From Felis catus (Eukaryota): a stretch of DNA of 64,000 nucleotides. The stretch is taken from NCBI RefSeq assembly GCF_018350175.1, contig NC_058371.1, forward strand, positions 173,910,001-173,974,000, written 5' to 3'. The notes beneath the pieces were generated by a model, which had not been told where the DNA came from, ran no database searches, and saw only the letters and a list, made by a program, of their open reading frames with translations. The position numbers and the translations under genes were made by a program. Position 1 is the first letter of the stretch. Each line of letters opens with the position of its first letter. This document shows, one piece after another, positions 25,350 through 39,259 of this stretch.

Positions 25350-26274
25350 TTTTTTTTTTTTTCAATTTATGAAATTTATTGTCAAAGTGGTTTCCATACA
25401 CCCAGTGCTCATCCCAAAAGGTGCCCTCCTCAATACCCATCACCCACCCTCCCCTCCCTCCCACCCCCCATCAACCCTCAGTTTGTTCTCAGTTTTTAAG
25501 AGTCTCTTAATGCTTTGGCTGTCTCCCACTCTAACCTCTTTTTTTTTTTTTTCCTTCCCCTCCCCCATGGGTTTCTGTTAAGTTTCTCAGGATCCACATA
25601 AAAGTGAAAACATATGGTATCTGTTTTTCTCTGCATGGCTTATTTCACTTAGTATCACACTCTCCAGTTCCATCCACGTTGCTACAAAGGGCCATATTTC
25701 ATTCTTTCTCATTGCCACGTAGTACTCCATTGTATATATAAACCACAATTTCTTTATCCATTCATCAGTTGATGGACATTTAGACTCTTTCCATAATTTG
25801 GCTATTGTTGAGAGTGCTGCTATGAACATTGGGGTACAAGTGCCCCTATGCATCAGTACTCCTGTATCCCTTGGGTAAATTCCTAGCAGTGCTATTGCTG
25901 GGNNNNNNNNNNNNNNNNNNNNNNNNNNNNNNNNNNNNNNNNNNNNNNNNNNNNNNNNNNNNNNNNNNNNNNNNNNNNNNNNNNNNNNNNNNNNNNNNNN
26001 NNNNNNNNNNNNNNNNNNNNNNNNNNNNNNNNNNNNNNNNNNNNNNTTCATTTTGGCCACTCTGACTGGCGNNNNNNNNNNNNNNNNNNNNNNNNNNNNN
26101 NNNNNNNNNNNNNNNNNNNNNNNNNNNNNNNNNNNNNNNNNNNNNNNNNNNNNNNNNNNNNNNNNNNNNNNNNNNNNNNNNNNNNNNNNNNNNNNNNNNN
26201 NNTCTTCACTGGGTTATTTGTTTTTCGGGTGTGGAGTTTGGTGAGCTCTTTATAGATTTTGGATACTAGCCCTT
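25350..26274 (-). mobile_element. Young 5'-truncated L1 (L1_Fc-like): ORF2 C-terminus, 3'UTR, poly(A)
   Basis: Open ORF2 tail PAIALLGIYP...CPSTDEWIKKLWFIYTMEYY...HMFSLLCGS*; TSD CTGACAAAGAG at 25339-25349 and 26275-26285. Confidence 0.95.
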
Positions 26275-28236
26275 CTGACAAAGAGATTTTTAACTATTAT
26301 CAACATGATATGGGACCTTACCCCTCCACTCATCCTAAGACACGTATCATGCCATCTATATTTTATTTGGCCTCCGTATTCACGGATTGGGTTTTTGAGT
26401 GCCTACTGTTGTCAGGTAGTGGGCTTTGAGGAGCAAAAGATGCCTGACCCACAGTCCTTGCACCTCATGGGAAGGAAAAACAAGGTGATGTCATCAGCTG
26501 AGAGTAACAGGAGGGAGGGAGAGAAACAGAGCCAATCGGCTGGGGGGGGGGGGAAGGGTTGGCTGTGAGGCAGCGGTGAATGGGGTTTCCGATGGGTTAA
26601 GTTTAAAGGGCTCTGGGGATCCGCAAGTGGACCTTCCCTGCAGGCAGCTGTTACCAGGGGGTCTGTAGCTGTGTGGGGAGGGCGGGGCTGCAGATAGGGC
26701 ATTCGGTGCCATGTGCCTTCTGAGCCATGAGCGGTGCACACACTTTGATGCTGCCAGAGGTCGGTCAGGGAGCCAGAAGACGGCGATGAGGAAGGAGCCC
26801 AGGGGCACACCAATGCTTGGGGTGGAGGTGGCAACAGGGGCGCTGGGGAATTTCCCAGGGCCCCAGCTAACACGACGTGGGGCTATCTAGGTTTTTTAAA
26901 TTAATATAACATAGCTAAAAAGGTAGCTTTCTCTTGAGTTATCTACAAATCTTCTATTCTATTTACTGTTCTCTAAATCCGGTCAATCCTTTTAAGAGCG
27001 GTTTTTTCAACTTGGTAATCAAAGGAAAGGACAGTTTAAATGTCTTACTTACAAATGTAACATATTTGATTTTTAAAAAGTGTCCCAGTGACCAATAAAC
27101 AAACCCTTTTGCGCTACTTAGGTCATTTTATAAAACGAGTAAACTCGTAAATAACGTAAATCTTCAGTTGCCTTAAACATTTCAATCCAGTAGAAAACAA
27201 AGCAAAACTATCTGAAAAGTTTCAACTTAAAGATCCCAAGTCTAAATCAATCAGCTAATGACATGACACAGTTTAAAGTGGAATCACGAGATTTAACATG
27301 CTAATTAACGAAGTCATCTTACACGTTGTGAATACTGTATGTAGTCCGAACATTGAATACAAACTCTTCCACAAACTTATCTAAAAATATAAATGCTTGC
27401 GAGTTGTATTTAGTTCATCATATCTATGCTTGATTCTAAACCTTCCCAGGGTTAAAACAATATCTCATAAGAAAATAATTTGCTTTAACATGGAATCTGT
27501 ACCTTACAAAGGGCTCTCAGTTTTCTCCGCTCTGTCCCCAAGATTCAAATTACAAGTTACCTAACTCTTAAGCCCTCTGATTCTTCTGCCTCCCACACAA
27601 TCTGCCATTGACCCAAACTATGAATCCAGGCACCATTGACAGTACTCTGAATTCTTTGTACACCCTTCCCTGCTGACAGGGTCAGAGTTCCTAGGTATGC
27701 ATAGGACCTGTGATTGGATCCTGCATCATCAAATCCCAGGGTCACGCTTGATAGTAGATGGCAGGCAGGGATGAGTCATGGAGTAGATGAGAAACCAGGA
27801 GTAAGAAGTATAATAGTATAAGGGAAGGCAAAGGAAGGAGAGAATTTCAAAAGGGAAGGCATCATCAATGTCACTTTAAAATGCCACAGGGAAGTTTATA
27901 AGCTAAGGGGATGAAATACGACCGTTAGTCTTAATGGTCATAAATCTAAGATTTAAATTTTATCAGTGAAATTTTCATTTCACAAAGTGGGTAGAAAACA
28001 AGTAACTATAAATTAAGAGTGAACTAGGAAGTGAGAAACTGGGAACTGCATTTAAAGGCAGCAACGAGTCAAGAATTCTTTAAGACTTAAATTTCACTTA
28101 ATATTTTAATAAAGGAAACTGAGGCCAGGGGGTGGGTGACCAAAAAGGAGAGGAATGAGGCTCAAAGGAAGAGAGGTCTGTTCTGTGTTTTATTTTAATT
28201 AAAAAAAAAAAAAAAAAAGAAAAGAAAAGGTTTGAT

Positions 28237-28436
28237 GGGGCACCTGGGTGGCTTAGTTGGTAAAGGGTCTGACTTAGGCTCAGGTCATGATCTCACAGTT
28301 CATGAGTTCAAGCCCTGCATTGGGCTCTCTGCTGTCAGCACAGAGCCTGCTTCACATCTCTCTCTCTTTGCCCCCTGCCCCGCCCTCCCCCCTCCCCTGG
28401 GTCCTGAGTCTCTCAAAAATAAATAAACATTAAAAA
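28237..28436 (+). mobile_element. CanSINE
   Basis: GGGGCACCTGGGTGGCTTAG head and AAAAATAAATAAACATT tail. Confidence 0.9.
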
Positions 28437-28999
28437 CAAAGTTTGTTCACTGAAGAGAGTGTTGATTCCTTTTTTGAGGAAGGAGGGGTACTGACAGCTT
28501 GAAGATTTGGGATAGAGGCAGCATTACTACCTGGTGAGCAGTGTCTCAGAGGATCCTGGCTAAAAGTGAAGGAGTCCATGTGAAAGGCTGACCTTGAACA
28601 GGAAAAGGAACACCTTATCCTCTGAGAATGGAGGGAATGAGGAAAGAATTGATAGGGAGATAGATAGCTGTGCGGCCTGGGCGGGGCAGGAAGCTGGGCA
28701 GCTGGGCTGAACTGCCCGAATCTGGCCCCCGTGGCCCCAGCCTGGCAGGGACACAGGCAGCACACAGTTTCTGGGAACAGACTGAATCCGGGCTGGGATG
28801 GTGACAGCTCCAGAAGTGGCCCAACGGGAGCCATCAGGGCTTCCGGGTAAGGGAACAGTTCATATTAATCACAGATCAGAGACGAAACCCCAGAGGTTTC
28901 TGTGTTAAAGAAAATGAGACCAGAGGTTAAGACGTGCTCAAGAGTAGTCACCAGCGTCTCTTAAACTAGAAACTGGGTTTCTTGGCTCCCAGAATCACG

Positions 29000-29292
29000 C
29001 TCTCCCTGTCTCAGCACGTCACTTTCTCTGAGAAACCTTCCCTGAGCCCTCTCCCCTCCTGCCTAAATCAGATCCCCACAAAGCCTGCTATCCATCCTTT
29101 TCACCCTTCCTTTGCTGCACCACAGGCTGAAATTCTAGAGTTATTTATGTGATTATTTCATGTTCCCCTTTCCCAGCTGATATTACAAATGTCATGAGGA
29201 CAGGAACTCTATTGTTCACCTCTGTATCCTGGTCAGCACACAGCTTAACGGCTAGCATGTAGTTAGCGCTCAATAAATATGATGAATGAATT
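29000..29292 (+). mobile_element. L2 3' end
   Basis: GTCACTTTCTCTGAGAAACCTTCCCTGA ... TTGTTCACCTCTGTATCC ... GCTCAATAAATATGATGAATGAAT. Confidence 0.7.
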
Positions 29293-30834
29293 TATGTTCC
29301 AAGTGTATGGTGTGGGAGCATGGGATTCGAGAACTCCATTTGCCCATTAAAGCCATACATTTGTGAAAAATGCACACTGTGGGGTTCCCAGGAAGGCTGA
29401 CTTACACTTTCTCTGTAGGTCTGGCGTCTGGGTAATGCTCAATACATATCTGATGAGTGATTAAGAATTTTTGCACTATTGGAATTTTAATTCCCTTAAG
29501 GAAACAAGCAAAACATAGCTGCCTCCAAGCCACTGAAAAATAATTTAAAGATATTACCTGAACATCAAAAAACTTGTTTAAGAATAAACAAATTCAAAAT
29601 TTCCAAACAATGTCACTCAGAATAAACATTAGAGTTCATCAGTACTTTGTTACAACCTAACTTCTAATAAAAATACTGATCATATGATAAGGCAGCTTCT
29701 GGGATAATATAGAACTAGAAAACCCAGGTTTAATTTCTGAAGTTTCACACTTTTGAAGTGTCTCAGAGACATCTTCTTAGATCCCACTCTGATACTAAAT
29801 GAATTTACCAAATTTTAGTGCAGAAATTCATGCATTTGCAAACATTTAAAAACAGAAAGTATCACCAATGAATTGTCTACCACCTTTCTCAGGGAAGGAA
29901 ATTTGCGAATGCACGCATGAAGGTTAGTACCATATGGTAGGCAAATATTTTTCCATGTCCCACCCAAAGCAAACAAATGGAAAGAGAAACTTAAAAGACA
30001 ATTATAAAATATCTCCAAATTTAAAGACACAGCATCCTTTTCTAGATTAGCAACAGGGGGCAACAACTGATTTGCAAGAGATTAAAACTGTATATAAACA
30101 TGGGTGAGTGTATAGAGTCTAAAAAAATCAAACATGGTAATTAAAAAATGGAAATGTTTAAGATATGGAAAAAGCTGAGTTAAAATAAATTAATAAAACA
30201 CTGGAAACAAGCTCACCAAATTTTTCTAATGGGAGCAGAACAGCTTCCGAAAGACAGTGGCTCATTTAGGTGATGAACACCAGATGCCAAGTGTAGTTCA
30301 TTACAGACAAAAGTATTCTGATTAGCTTCAGGGGAGAAGGAGAAAAGAATCAGGCACCAAATGGGGGAAAGCCAAACACAGCCCTCAACAGACCGCTGCG
30401 TGTGGCTCCCCAGTTGCCTCTGGGTAACTCCTGGTCTAAGGACAAAGTAGTGCTCTATCCCGCTTCTGGTCAGTGAATCCAAGCACCCGGTTCTATGGGT
30501 CACCACCACGCACTGTGGACAATCTGCACTCAAGTCAGGCCAGGGTCAGCTGCATTTCTGTAAGGTAAGAGACAGTCCCTGAAACCCACTCTGTGAAAAG
30601 GGTCTATGACAGCCTTAGGAAGGGAGAGTTCAGAAGCCAGCTGTGGGAAATCACTGACATTATCAACTAATTGAAGGAATCCTTGAATAGGGATTTCTCC
30701 TTTGGAAAGTTCAGGATACTGGCGTATTGTCACAGGGGAGAAGTATACTCAGTGACCCCCCCCCCCCAATCCAAAGTCCATTTTCCCAGCATAACCAATT
30801 AGGCAACGTAGCCGAATGTCCCTAACTTATTCTC

Positions 30835-30836
<2 letters not shown>

Positions 30837-30900
<64 letters not shown>
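30837..30900. repeat. Compound (TG)n(AG)n microsatellite
   Basis: Directly visible. Confidence 0.97.
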
Positions 30901-31139
30901 TGGGGGAGCAGAGATAGGGGGTTTGAGGATGTCCTCCGCCCCAAATTTTAGTCTTGCCTCTTAGTTCTGAACTCTAAAGTCTATCCATTGCTTCAGTGAG
31001 TGTTTTACAGTGTTGAGCACAGCCCTGGACACTGACTGAGTCTAAGCACATCACTCACTGGCAAAGATTTATTTACTTGACAGTCCAATAAAAGCCAAGT
31101 TATTCACAGATAACAGCGAGTGCTAGAGAAGACGTCGCT

Positions 31140-31325
31140 TGCTGTAGTAGAAAGAATTCTAGACTAAGAGTTAGCATATCCCTGGATTCCAGTCTTGGCC
31201 CTACTGATTTAGGGTCATGTGATTTTGGCCAAGCCATTAACCTGTCCGGGCCTCAGTGGCCTCGGAGGTGAAATGGAGATATTGAATCAAATGACTGATA
31301 AGGCCCTTTTTGGATCTACTGCTCT
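31140..31325 (+). mobile_element. MIR
   Basis: GTGATTTTGGCCAAGCCATTAACCTGTCCGGGCCTCAGT...TGAAATGGAGAT core. Confidence 0.6.
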
Positions 31326-32089
31326 GGAATGAATATGGCCTGTGTGTTCAGAAGAGGGGGTAATCATTCTGGGATAGAAGGATCAGGAGTTTTCAGAATA
31401 GAAGTAGAGTAGTTTGCTCTTTTTCTACAAAGTCTGATTCCCCTGCTGCAGAAACCCCAGAGTACAGAAATTGTCAAAATACAGACTGCAGATGTCCCTA
31501 GTAATCTTTGCCTCACAGATAAATACTGTTAACTGTTTGGAATTTTTTTCTTCCAGATGTTTTAATTACAAGTGCTGCTTATAATCATTACTATTGCTAG
31601 GTTAAGTGCTAATTATCATCGTTACCATCTGTATTCAAATGGAGCACCGAGTGTATGTTTCCTCACCACATTTTTATGAATTTAAAACTGTATCCTGGAC
31701 ATCTTTCCACCATGTCATCTTGCACATCTCATTATTTTTATCAGTGTTGGGTGTCGCATCAGGTCCATAAGCTGTACTTCATTTGACCAATGTCTATTGA
31801 CAACATATGAAATTTTTTTCTTTTTGATTATGAACAACACCACGACAAAGTGCCCTCAAATCCAATCTTTAACATTTCCTGCCTCACTTTCCATTTCCAC
31901 CCATCACCGGGTCCTGGTGCTGTCACCTAGTATCTCAGGAAGCTGTGCCCTTCTTGCCGTCTAATTACCCCCATTTCATTCAAGGGTAGGTTTGGCAACA
32001 TCTCATGCGACAATAGCTCCTTCACTGGTCTTCTCTCTCCCCAACTCTGCAGCCAGGGAAGCAAATCTGATTACTTCCAAGTTCAAAAT

Positions 32090-32124
32090 ATTTATTATTT
32101 AAAAAAAAATTTTTACTTATTTAT

Positions 32125-32165
<41 letters not shown>

Positions 32166-32298
32166 GGGGCAGAGAGAATCCCAAGCAGGCTCCACACTGC
32201 CAATGCAGAGCTGGATGCAGGACTCAAACCCACAAACAGTGAGATCATGACCTGAGCTGATGTTGTACACTTAACTGACTGAGCCACCCAGGCATTCC
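32090..32298 (-). mobile_element. CanSINE
   Basis: Reverse SINE; TSD CCAAGTTCAAAA. Confidence 0.92.
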
Positions 32299-32352
32299 CC
32301 CCCCCCCCCGCCCCTCCCAAGTTCAAAACCTCCAATAGCTTCTCACGATTCT

Positions 32353-32582
32353 TTTTTTTTTTTTAATTTTTTTTTCAACTTTTTTTTATTTATTTCTGGG
32401 ACAGAGAGAGACAGAGCATGAACGGGGGAGGGGCAGAGAGAGAGGGAGACACAGAATCGGAAACAGGCTCCAGGCTCCGAGCCATCAGCCCAGAGCCTGA
32501 CGCGGGGCTCGAACTCACGGACCGCGAGATCGTGACCTGGCTGAAGTCGGACGCTTAACCAACTGCGCCACCCAGGCGCCCC
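32353..32582 (-). mobile_element. Young CanSINE (SINEC_Fc)
   Basis: Perfect 18-bp TSD TAGCTTCTCACGATTCTT (32336, 32583); CpGs intact. Confidence 0.97.
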
Positions 32583-34194
32583 TAGCTTCTCACGATTCTT
32601 AAGGCACTGACTTAGCGGTGCTCGTGCTGTCTATAATTTGCCTTAAGATACATTGGCATAGGCTCTGGGATACAGGAGTATGTTTTTAATCTGCGCTCTA
32701 GGATGTACGCTAAATTAGCTGCCCCAGTCAGGAATATGCACCTCAGAGATCTTTAGTAAGAATGTTAGCGCAAGGCCGCAATCCAGAGGTGGTGCCTGCA
32801 GGTAAGTTCGATTCTTTATCTTCAGTCAACAGAAAGGACTTTATTAATTAGCATATGGATGTTGGAAGCTATTTCCCATTAGGGAATCACTTTCATATGA
32901 GATGTACAGACTGGTTAGAAATAGCGTAGAGCCATTCACTCTCGCACCAGCACCGTAGACGGTAGCCATCGAGTTCTCTGCACCCTCCCAGTGGATCCCA
33001 GTACTTGTTTCTGAAAAACGCCTGACCAGTGACCAGCACAAAGGAGGCTTGCTGCTAAAGTTAAACTCTTCGGTTAGCTCAACCCTGCCTCTAGAAGAGT
33101 GTCACGTTTGCTTCTACTGAACTCCCCATGAGACATAGTTGGAGAAACTAAAGGAAGGGAAGGAGAGACTTCACCAAGCCTGCACCACGGGCTGCATGAC
33201 TGTCTTGATTCCTGGTCACTGATCAGTGTTGGAAGGTGGCGCTGAATTGAGCCTCAGATTTGCTTTGGGACCACGTGTGAGGCCGTGAGGAAGAAGACCT
33301 TTACCCTCACTCAACTCTAGATACTGGAGGTTTCAACATCCACCAAAAAAACCCCTAAATAAACAGGAAGGATCACGTTGGTGGAGGCCAGATTATGCAT
33401 AGCACGTGGCCTAGGCACAATCTACCTCCTGCCTGCCTCTCCTGGTACTCCCCCGGCTCAGGACATTTCTGGGAACACTGCTCCGTCCGGACGTGTGACC
33501 ACGCTGTTCCCTCTCCCATCCCTGCGGCTCCTGTGCCTCCAGAAATCTCACCTCCTGGTCTCATCTGGACATCCCTTCCTCAGGGAAGCCCTTTCTGCCT
33601 TTCAGTCCAGGTCACAGCCCCCATGCCACCCCCGGTGGTGCAGGGGACCTTTCTCCCTGCAGTCCACACAGGAACGTAGAGTGATATGTCTGTATGCTTA
33701 TCACATTGGCACCTATGAGACTGTGTCCAGGTCTGTTCTGTTCACCATTGTATCCCCACCGGCTGGCATGGCCTCCACAGACAATTGCTCAACAGAAGGG
33801 CATTTAGGTTTTAGTCCACACAGCATTAGTGGTGGGGGGCAGGGGCGGGGAAGCTTTTTATGCCATTAGGTTTACCAACTAGAGTGGGCCCTCCACGGTG
33901 AAAAAGCTGACGATGAAGTTCTTAAAACAATCCGATCAAACTCACAAAGTAAAGGATGAAGAATATATAAAACACCAATGGCAAGGCAAAATGGCTTTCT
34001 CTTTTAAATACTTACATAAATGCCAACTTGGTTATTATGAAAATCCTTCATGGAAATGAGGACTGTGAAAAAGTCATCTTCTTCATGTCTCATTTCTCCC
34101 TATTTTATAGATTTCTTTAGTCTCAGCACTTACAGAATGATCATTTCAGCATGTAACTAAATTCTGCTTCCTCAAAGAAGTCTAATTTTTTTAG

Positions 34195-34400
34195 TTAAAA
34201 AAAATTTAAGTTTATTTAGAGAGGGAGAAAGTGGATGCGAGCGGGGGAAGGGCAGAGACAGAGAGAGAGAGAATCCCAAGCAGGGTCTGCACTGTCAGTG
34301 CAGAGCCCGACATAGGCCTCGAACTCACAAACCATGAGATCCTGACCTGAGCTGAAACCAAGAGTCGGACGCTTAATTGAATGAGCCACATAGGTGCCCC
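34195..34400 (-). mobile_element. CanSINE
   Basis: Reverse SINE body. Confidence 0.92.
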
Positions 34401-34405
34401 TCCAC

Positions 34406-34662
34406 TTTTTTTTTTTAATCCAAGTTAGTTAACATATAGTGTAATGATGGTTTCAGGAGGAGAATTTAGTGATTCATCACTTATATACAACACCCAGGGC
34501 TCATCCCAACAACTGAGCTCCTTGACACCCATCACCCATTCAGCCCATCCCCCCCCACCTGCCCCCCCCCCCCCCAGCAACCCTCAGTTTGTTCTCTACA
34601 GTTAAGAGTCTCTTACGGTTTGCCTCCCTATTTTTATCTTATTTTTCTTTCCTTTCCCCCGT
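34406..34662 (-). mobile_element. Short carnivore L1 3'UTR fragment
   Basis: CAACACCCAGGGCTCATCCCAAC ... CAACCCTCAGTTTGTTCTC, similar to the L1 tail at 25398-25510. Confidence 0.85.
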
Positions 34663-35662
34663 GTACTAAGTTCTGCTTTCTTAAAGAACTCCACTTTTGT
34701 CTCCTCAAATGAAGTCCATGTTACCCTCCCTACTTCCCACTAATACAAATATGGGATTGTAACTACATTCCCTGCCCCCCAAGGTTCTTTCTATGCTTGA
34801 GGTACAGAGAGCATTTAAAACAGACCCTGGACAGACATTTTAGTAGATGATTGTATAATAAGGAAAATTATATATCTGGTCAGAAATTCAGCGGAAACGC
34901 CATGTGTTTAAGTCTGATGCCTGGTGTTACTTCATGTGGCTCTCATGGAAGGTAAAGGTGGAGTGAGCTTTGGGGAGAAGTGGGTCGCCTGGTCGCCGCC
35001 CCTAGCCCCATCCTTTCCTTCCATTCCACACCCCATGCTGCTGCTCTGGTCCAAACTTCTCATTCTGCATTTGAGAAAACTGAAGGCCACAAGCTGAGAC
35101 TCAGATTTATCAAACATTCACTACGTGCAGACACATGCTGGGGGAAATGCTCAGTTTCCCGGTGTTACGGAGAAGGAAGCTGAAATCCAGGGAGATGAAG
35201 TGAAATTCCTGAGGTCCCACATCAGATGGCCGAGTGGGGAATTGAGGCTGATGACAGTCCAGCCCTCATTCTAGTCTCTCCTGGGAGAGTGGGTCAAATG
35301 ACTCAGTGATGGAAGAAAATACAACCACGCTCCCAGTTTCTTAAAGGGCTCGCATAAACTAAGTAGATGGTAAGCACTTGTAAACAGAAGTAAAGACGTT
35401 TAATGGGACCAAATCATGCACATGATGCTGTCATCTGTGTCTGAGAGGATGATTCTGAGGATTTCTGACTTACAGGCATGCGTGTATGTGTGCCTTAATG
35501 GGTCACACCTGCCATTAGGGGCCCTGCAAAGTGCTAGGGTGGCAAATTCCTGAGTTTTTGTTTGTTTGCTTGTTCTGCTTTCTGTTGGTCTAATTAACTC
35601 TTACAGGGCAACTGTCTGTCAAGGGTGCAATTTCAGTAATTTGACTTTCTCTAAAGATACTT

Positions 35663-35693
<31 letters not shown>

Positions 35694-37224
35694 GATTACA
35701 AAGAAGGCACACTCCTTTTGCTCCATTAAATCTCTGAATTTAGGCAGGGTATTAAAAAAAACAACCCTCTAGGCTTCTCCACACCAGCGGGCTGTGACTT
35801 TTCTACATCTGCCTTTGTTTTCGGGCTCACCTCCCCAGAACCACTGCTTAGCCCAGTACTAGAGCACCAGGAAACACTTAGCTTTGAAAAGAGAAAGCGT
35901 CAATGGAGACTGAACTAACTGAAGGACAGGAGGGATCAGGCCTCAGGCAGTGATCATCTGAAGCTGGACCTCTGCCTCGGTTACAGTGTGTCACTGAAGC
36001 TTTCACTATGTCCACTTCTAGAACATTTGGCTTCCTTCACCAAAACCGAGTCCCAGTGAGGATATAAAACCTGTCCTGTCAAGTTCAAAAGAGAATGCAG
36101 ATAAATTGGACTTTGTAAACTAAATCTTGACTGTCTAGCCAATAAACTCTGTTTTATGATTCTTTTTAGAAACGACTGCAGCAGTAAATGCATCTTGTCA
36201 CATGGTAGATGGACAGCAAACCACAATTCAAACCCAGGTCAACTTGACTTTAAAACGGGAGCTCTCTCAATTTCCCCACAATGCCTAGCAGAGGCTGGGA
36301 AACACAACAGGCAAAGGAATTGCTTTGAAGTCTTTTAGTCAAAGAGTACAGGGCTTGGGGGTGGAGACAAGGGTTCCCACCCTCATTTTGCCTGGGACTT
36401 GCCGAGTATTTTTGAACAAGTTGCTTTCTCTCCCCAGCCTCGGTTTTCTTATCCATAAAGCCAGGTGAGTGGATCAGTGAGGCCCCTTTCCAGGTCATGA
36501 TTCTGTAAACTACAGGTATTTTCAGAGCCTTAGTTTAGTTGCTTAAGAAATGGGCTTAAAAATTTATTTGGAAAAAATAAAAATCTTTTATCATTCAAAG
36601 AATCCCAAGGAAAAGGTTGTAAAATTACATAATTTGAAGTATAAAGTGTGGTTTGTTGCCACTGGAACCAACATAGGGGTTCAATGCGATAAGAAAACCA
36701 GGTAAGGGAGGGAATATTTTTATGAGGCATTTTTAAGTTTCCATGAAATAATTACTTCAAAATCACCAATTTAAACTTTCAAGCATCTTTCTGAGTGTGG
36801 CACGGTGTATATGAAAAAAAAAAAAAAAAAGCCCATCAAAAAACCCCAAGCAAAAATCTATTGATTTAATAATTTCCTTCAAAGCCCAATTAATTACAAA
36901 ACCTGCAGAGTGCTTCACTGGTAGGTCAGAAGACGGAGTTTGGAGTTAGCAGACCTGAGTTTAAGTTTTGGCTGACATTACAACCTCTCACTGTCCTGAA
37001 CTATGAAAGGGACATAATAATCCTGTCTCTACAGATGTCCCAGGGAAGATCTAATAAACTGAAGAACTACTTTATATGAAGAACTGTTTCATTAGAACTA
37101 ACTCCCTTTCAAAAAAATTCTTTCACGAGATACAGGAAATTGACAAGGGCATTCAGATTTGGAACTCTGTTTGAACTGCTTCTTAGCAAAAGTTGAAACA
37201 CTGCTACAATTCAAAGGAATGGGA

Positions 37225-37390
37225 GGGGCGCCTCAGTAGCTCAGTCCATTGAGCGTCTGACTCTTGATTTCGGCTACGGTCATGATCCCAGGGTCGTGGG
37301 ATTGAGCCTGGAGTCTGCTTAAGATTCGCTTGCTCTCTGCCTCTGCCCCTCTACCCTGCTCTCGCTCTAAAAGAAAAAGAAAATTAAAAA
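37225..37390 (+). mobile_element. Older short CanSINE
   Basis: GGGGCGCCTCAGTAGCTCAG head, GTCGTGGGATTGAGCC; TSD AAGGAATGG. Confidence 0.8.
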
Positions 37391-37640
37391 CACAATAAAA
37401 TTCTCTAAGGAATGGTAGACGCAGCCTGAAAGCAAGCAAACAGAAAATCCAAACTATCATTCATTACCGCCAAAAAGTATATTCTTTTTCAGCAGTAAAG
37501 AATGCAAAGGGAACATCCCAGCCTAAAGGTTGGGAAACAGTTCAGAACTTGGCCGTCCAGAACCATCTGCACTTCCTTTTTTTTTTTCTTTCCTCAGAAT
37601 CCAGCAGCAGGTTGGCATCAAGTCTTGAGGGATGTGCTTT

Positions 37641-37798
37641 GCTTCTCAGACTACTGTACTTACGAATCATCTGGGGATCTTGTTAAAATGCAGATTCTGA
37701 TTCAACAGATCTTTAAGTAGAATCTAGCCTGCATTTCTAACCATCTCCCAGGTGACCGCTATGCTGCTGGTCCATGGACACCACCTTGAGTAGCAAAG
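37641..37798. mobile_element. MER5A-like hAT element
   Basis: GAATCATCTGGGGATCTTGTTAAAATGCAGATTCTGATTC ... CTGCATTTCTAAC..CTCCCAGGTGA. Confidence 0.85.
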
Positions 37799-38479
37799 CT
37801 ATTGGCTTACTGGGAAAAAAAAATGGTGGATGGTTGTTTTTGGAGACATGAAGACACGGGTTCGAATGTCATCTTTATCAGGTCTTAGCTGTGTGATCTT
37901 GGGTGAATAACTTTATCTGTATAGTGGGATTAGTATCTGTTCTATAAGTGATTGGAGGATCCTTTGAGATATTAATAAACAGACACAGTTCTTTTCAAAT
38001 TAGTCTTTCCCTTGGCTCTCCTAAGCTCATTATCTTGTCCCCCATCACTCTTCTCTGATGAACCAGTTGGCTTATTTCTCTTTACTCTGAATCTTATTGT
38101 TTAAGTAGCTTGTGTGCACATGCACACACACTATACATTCTTTGAGGGCATGATCATATCTGATTTTATTTCTTTTAGTACAGAAATCAAGAAAAAGCAT
38201 TCTTAAAGTTAAATTTTGTTCATACAAAATTCCGAGTTGTACAGTAATACTACTGTTTCCTGCTGCCTCATGTAGGGGCAGGGAGGCAAAGCTGTATTTT
38301 TTTTGGTGGTTACAAAAACGTGCTTTGGGTCAGATCTGAGTGCCAGCTGCACTTCCTGCCTAACTCAGACTGACATGCCTGGGGTCCCGTGTCTTCACCT
38401 GTAAAATAGGATTTCTGCCTTAAACTCAAGGGTTGTTGGGAGAATTAACTTGGTTAAGTTATGCAAAATGCTTACCTAA

Positions 38480-39142
38480 TGTGATTGATTACAAAAATGA
38501 CCCCATTTCCCCACGCCTCCCAGAATCCTTCCCGTTTACTAAGGCGACCCTGAAGCTCCTCCCATTGAAAGGCAGAGTCTACTTCTCCACCCTTTGAATC
38601 TGGGCTGGCCTCTTCACTGGCTTTTAAAGGGGACTGGAGGAGGCGGCTCCTGGGTGGCTCAGTCAGGAGCTGCTGACTTTGGCTCAGGTCAAGATTCTCA
38701 GGGTTTGGTTTGTGGGTTCAAGTCCCACGTCAGACTCTGTGCTGATATGTGCAGAGCCTGCTCCAGAATCTCTCTCACTGACTCTCCCTCCCTCCCCGAC
38801 TGTCTCTTAAAATAAATAAATAAACTTAAAAAAAAATAAAGGGGAATGGAGAAGTAACTAGGCCTCCTTTTACAATCATGCTGAGCCAACATGGGATCAA
38901 GCCCGATGACTCATTAGAGCTGTGCAGCCCAGCTACTCCCCGGTTGCTTTAGCTAATGGTCAGCCAATATTCAAGGGCAGGGTTGCCTTGGTGACCACAC
39001 AGTAGCCATAAGGGAGCCTGGACAAGACCAGTGGATTCACCAGGTCCAAACTGCTGGTCCACAAAGTCATAAACTAAACAGTAGTCATTTTAAGCCATTA
39101 CATTTTGGGGTGGCTTGTTCTGCAGCAATGGATAATTAATAG
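38480..39142 (+). mobile_element. MaLR LTR (MLT1G/H-like) interrupted by a SINE
   Basis: GCTCCTCCCATTGAAAGGCAGAGTCTACTTCTCCACCCTTTGAATCTGGGCTGGCC and 3' end TTTTAAGCCATTACATTTTGGGGTGGCTTGTT..GCAGCAAT.GATAA. Confidence 0.75.
38640..38840 (+). mobile_element. Diverged CanSINE nested in the MLT1 LTR
   Basis: CCTGGGTGGCTCAGTC head, GGGTTCAAGTCCC, AAATAAATAA tail. Confidence 0.85.
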
Positions 39143-39259
39143 TCTACAGAAGTAATTTCTCCATATGTAATGGCTGGGGAAGAAGGTACTTAACAGAAGA
39201 TGAATTTCCCATAGCACCAAAATTTGTACTTTTTGGCCAATAGTAGTAGTAGGAAGGTG

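Noticed and set aside
26305-33869. ORFs of 130-165 aa at 26412-26873, 28430-28834 and 33378-33869
   Set aside because: No homology recognised, partial overlap with L2-like debris, and no consistent splice or promoter context.
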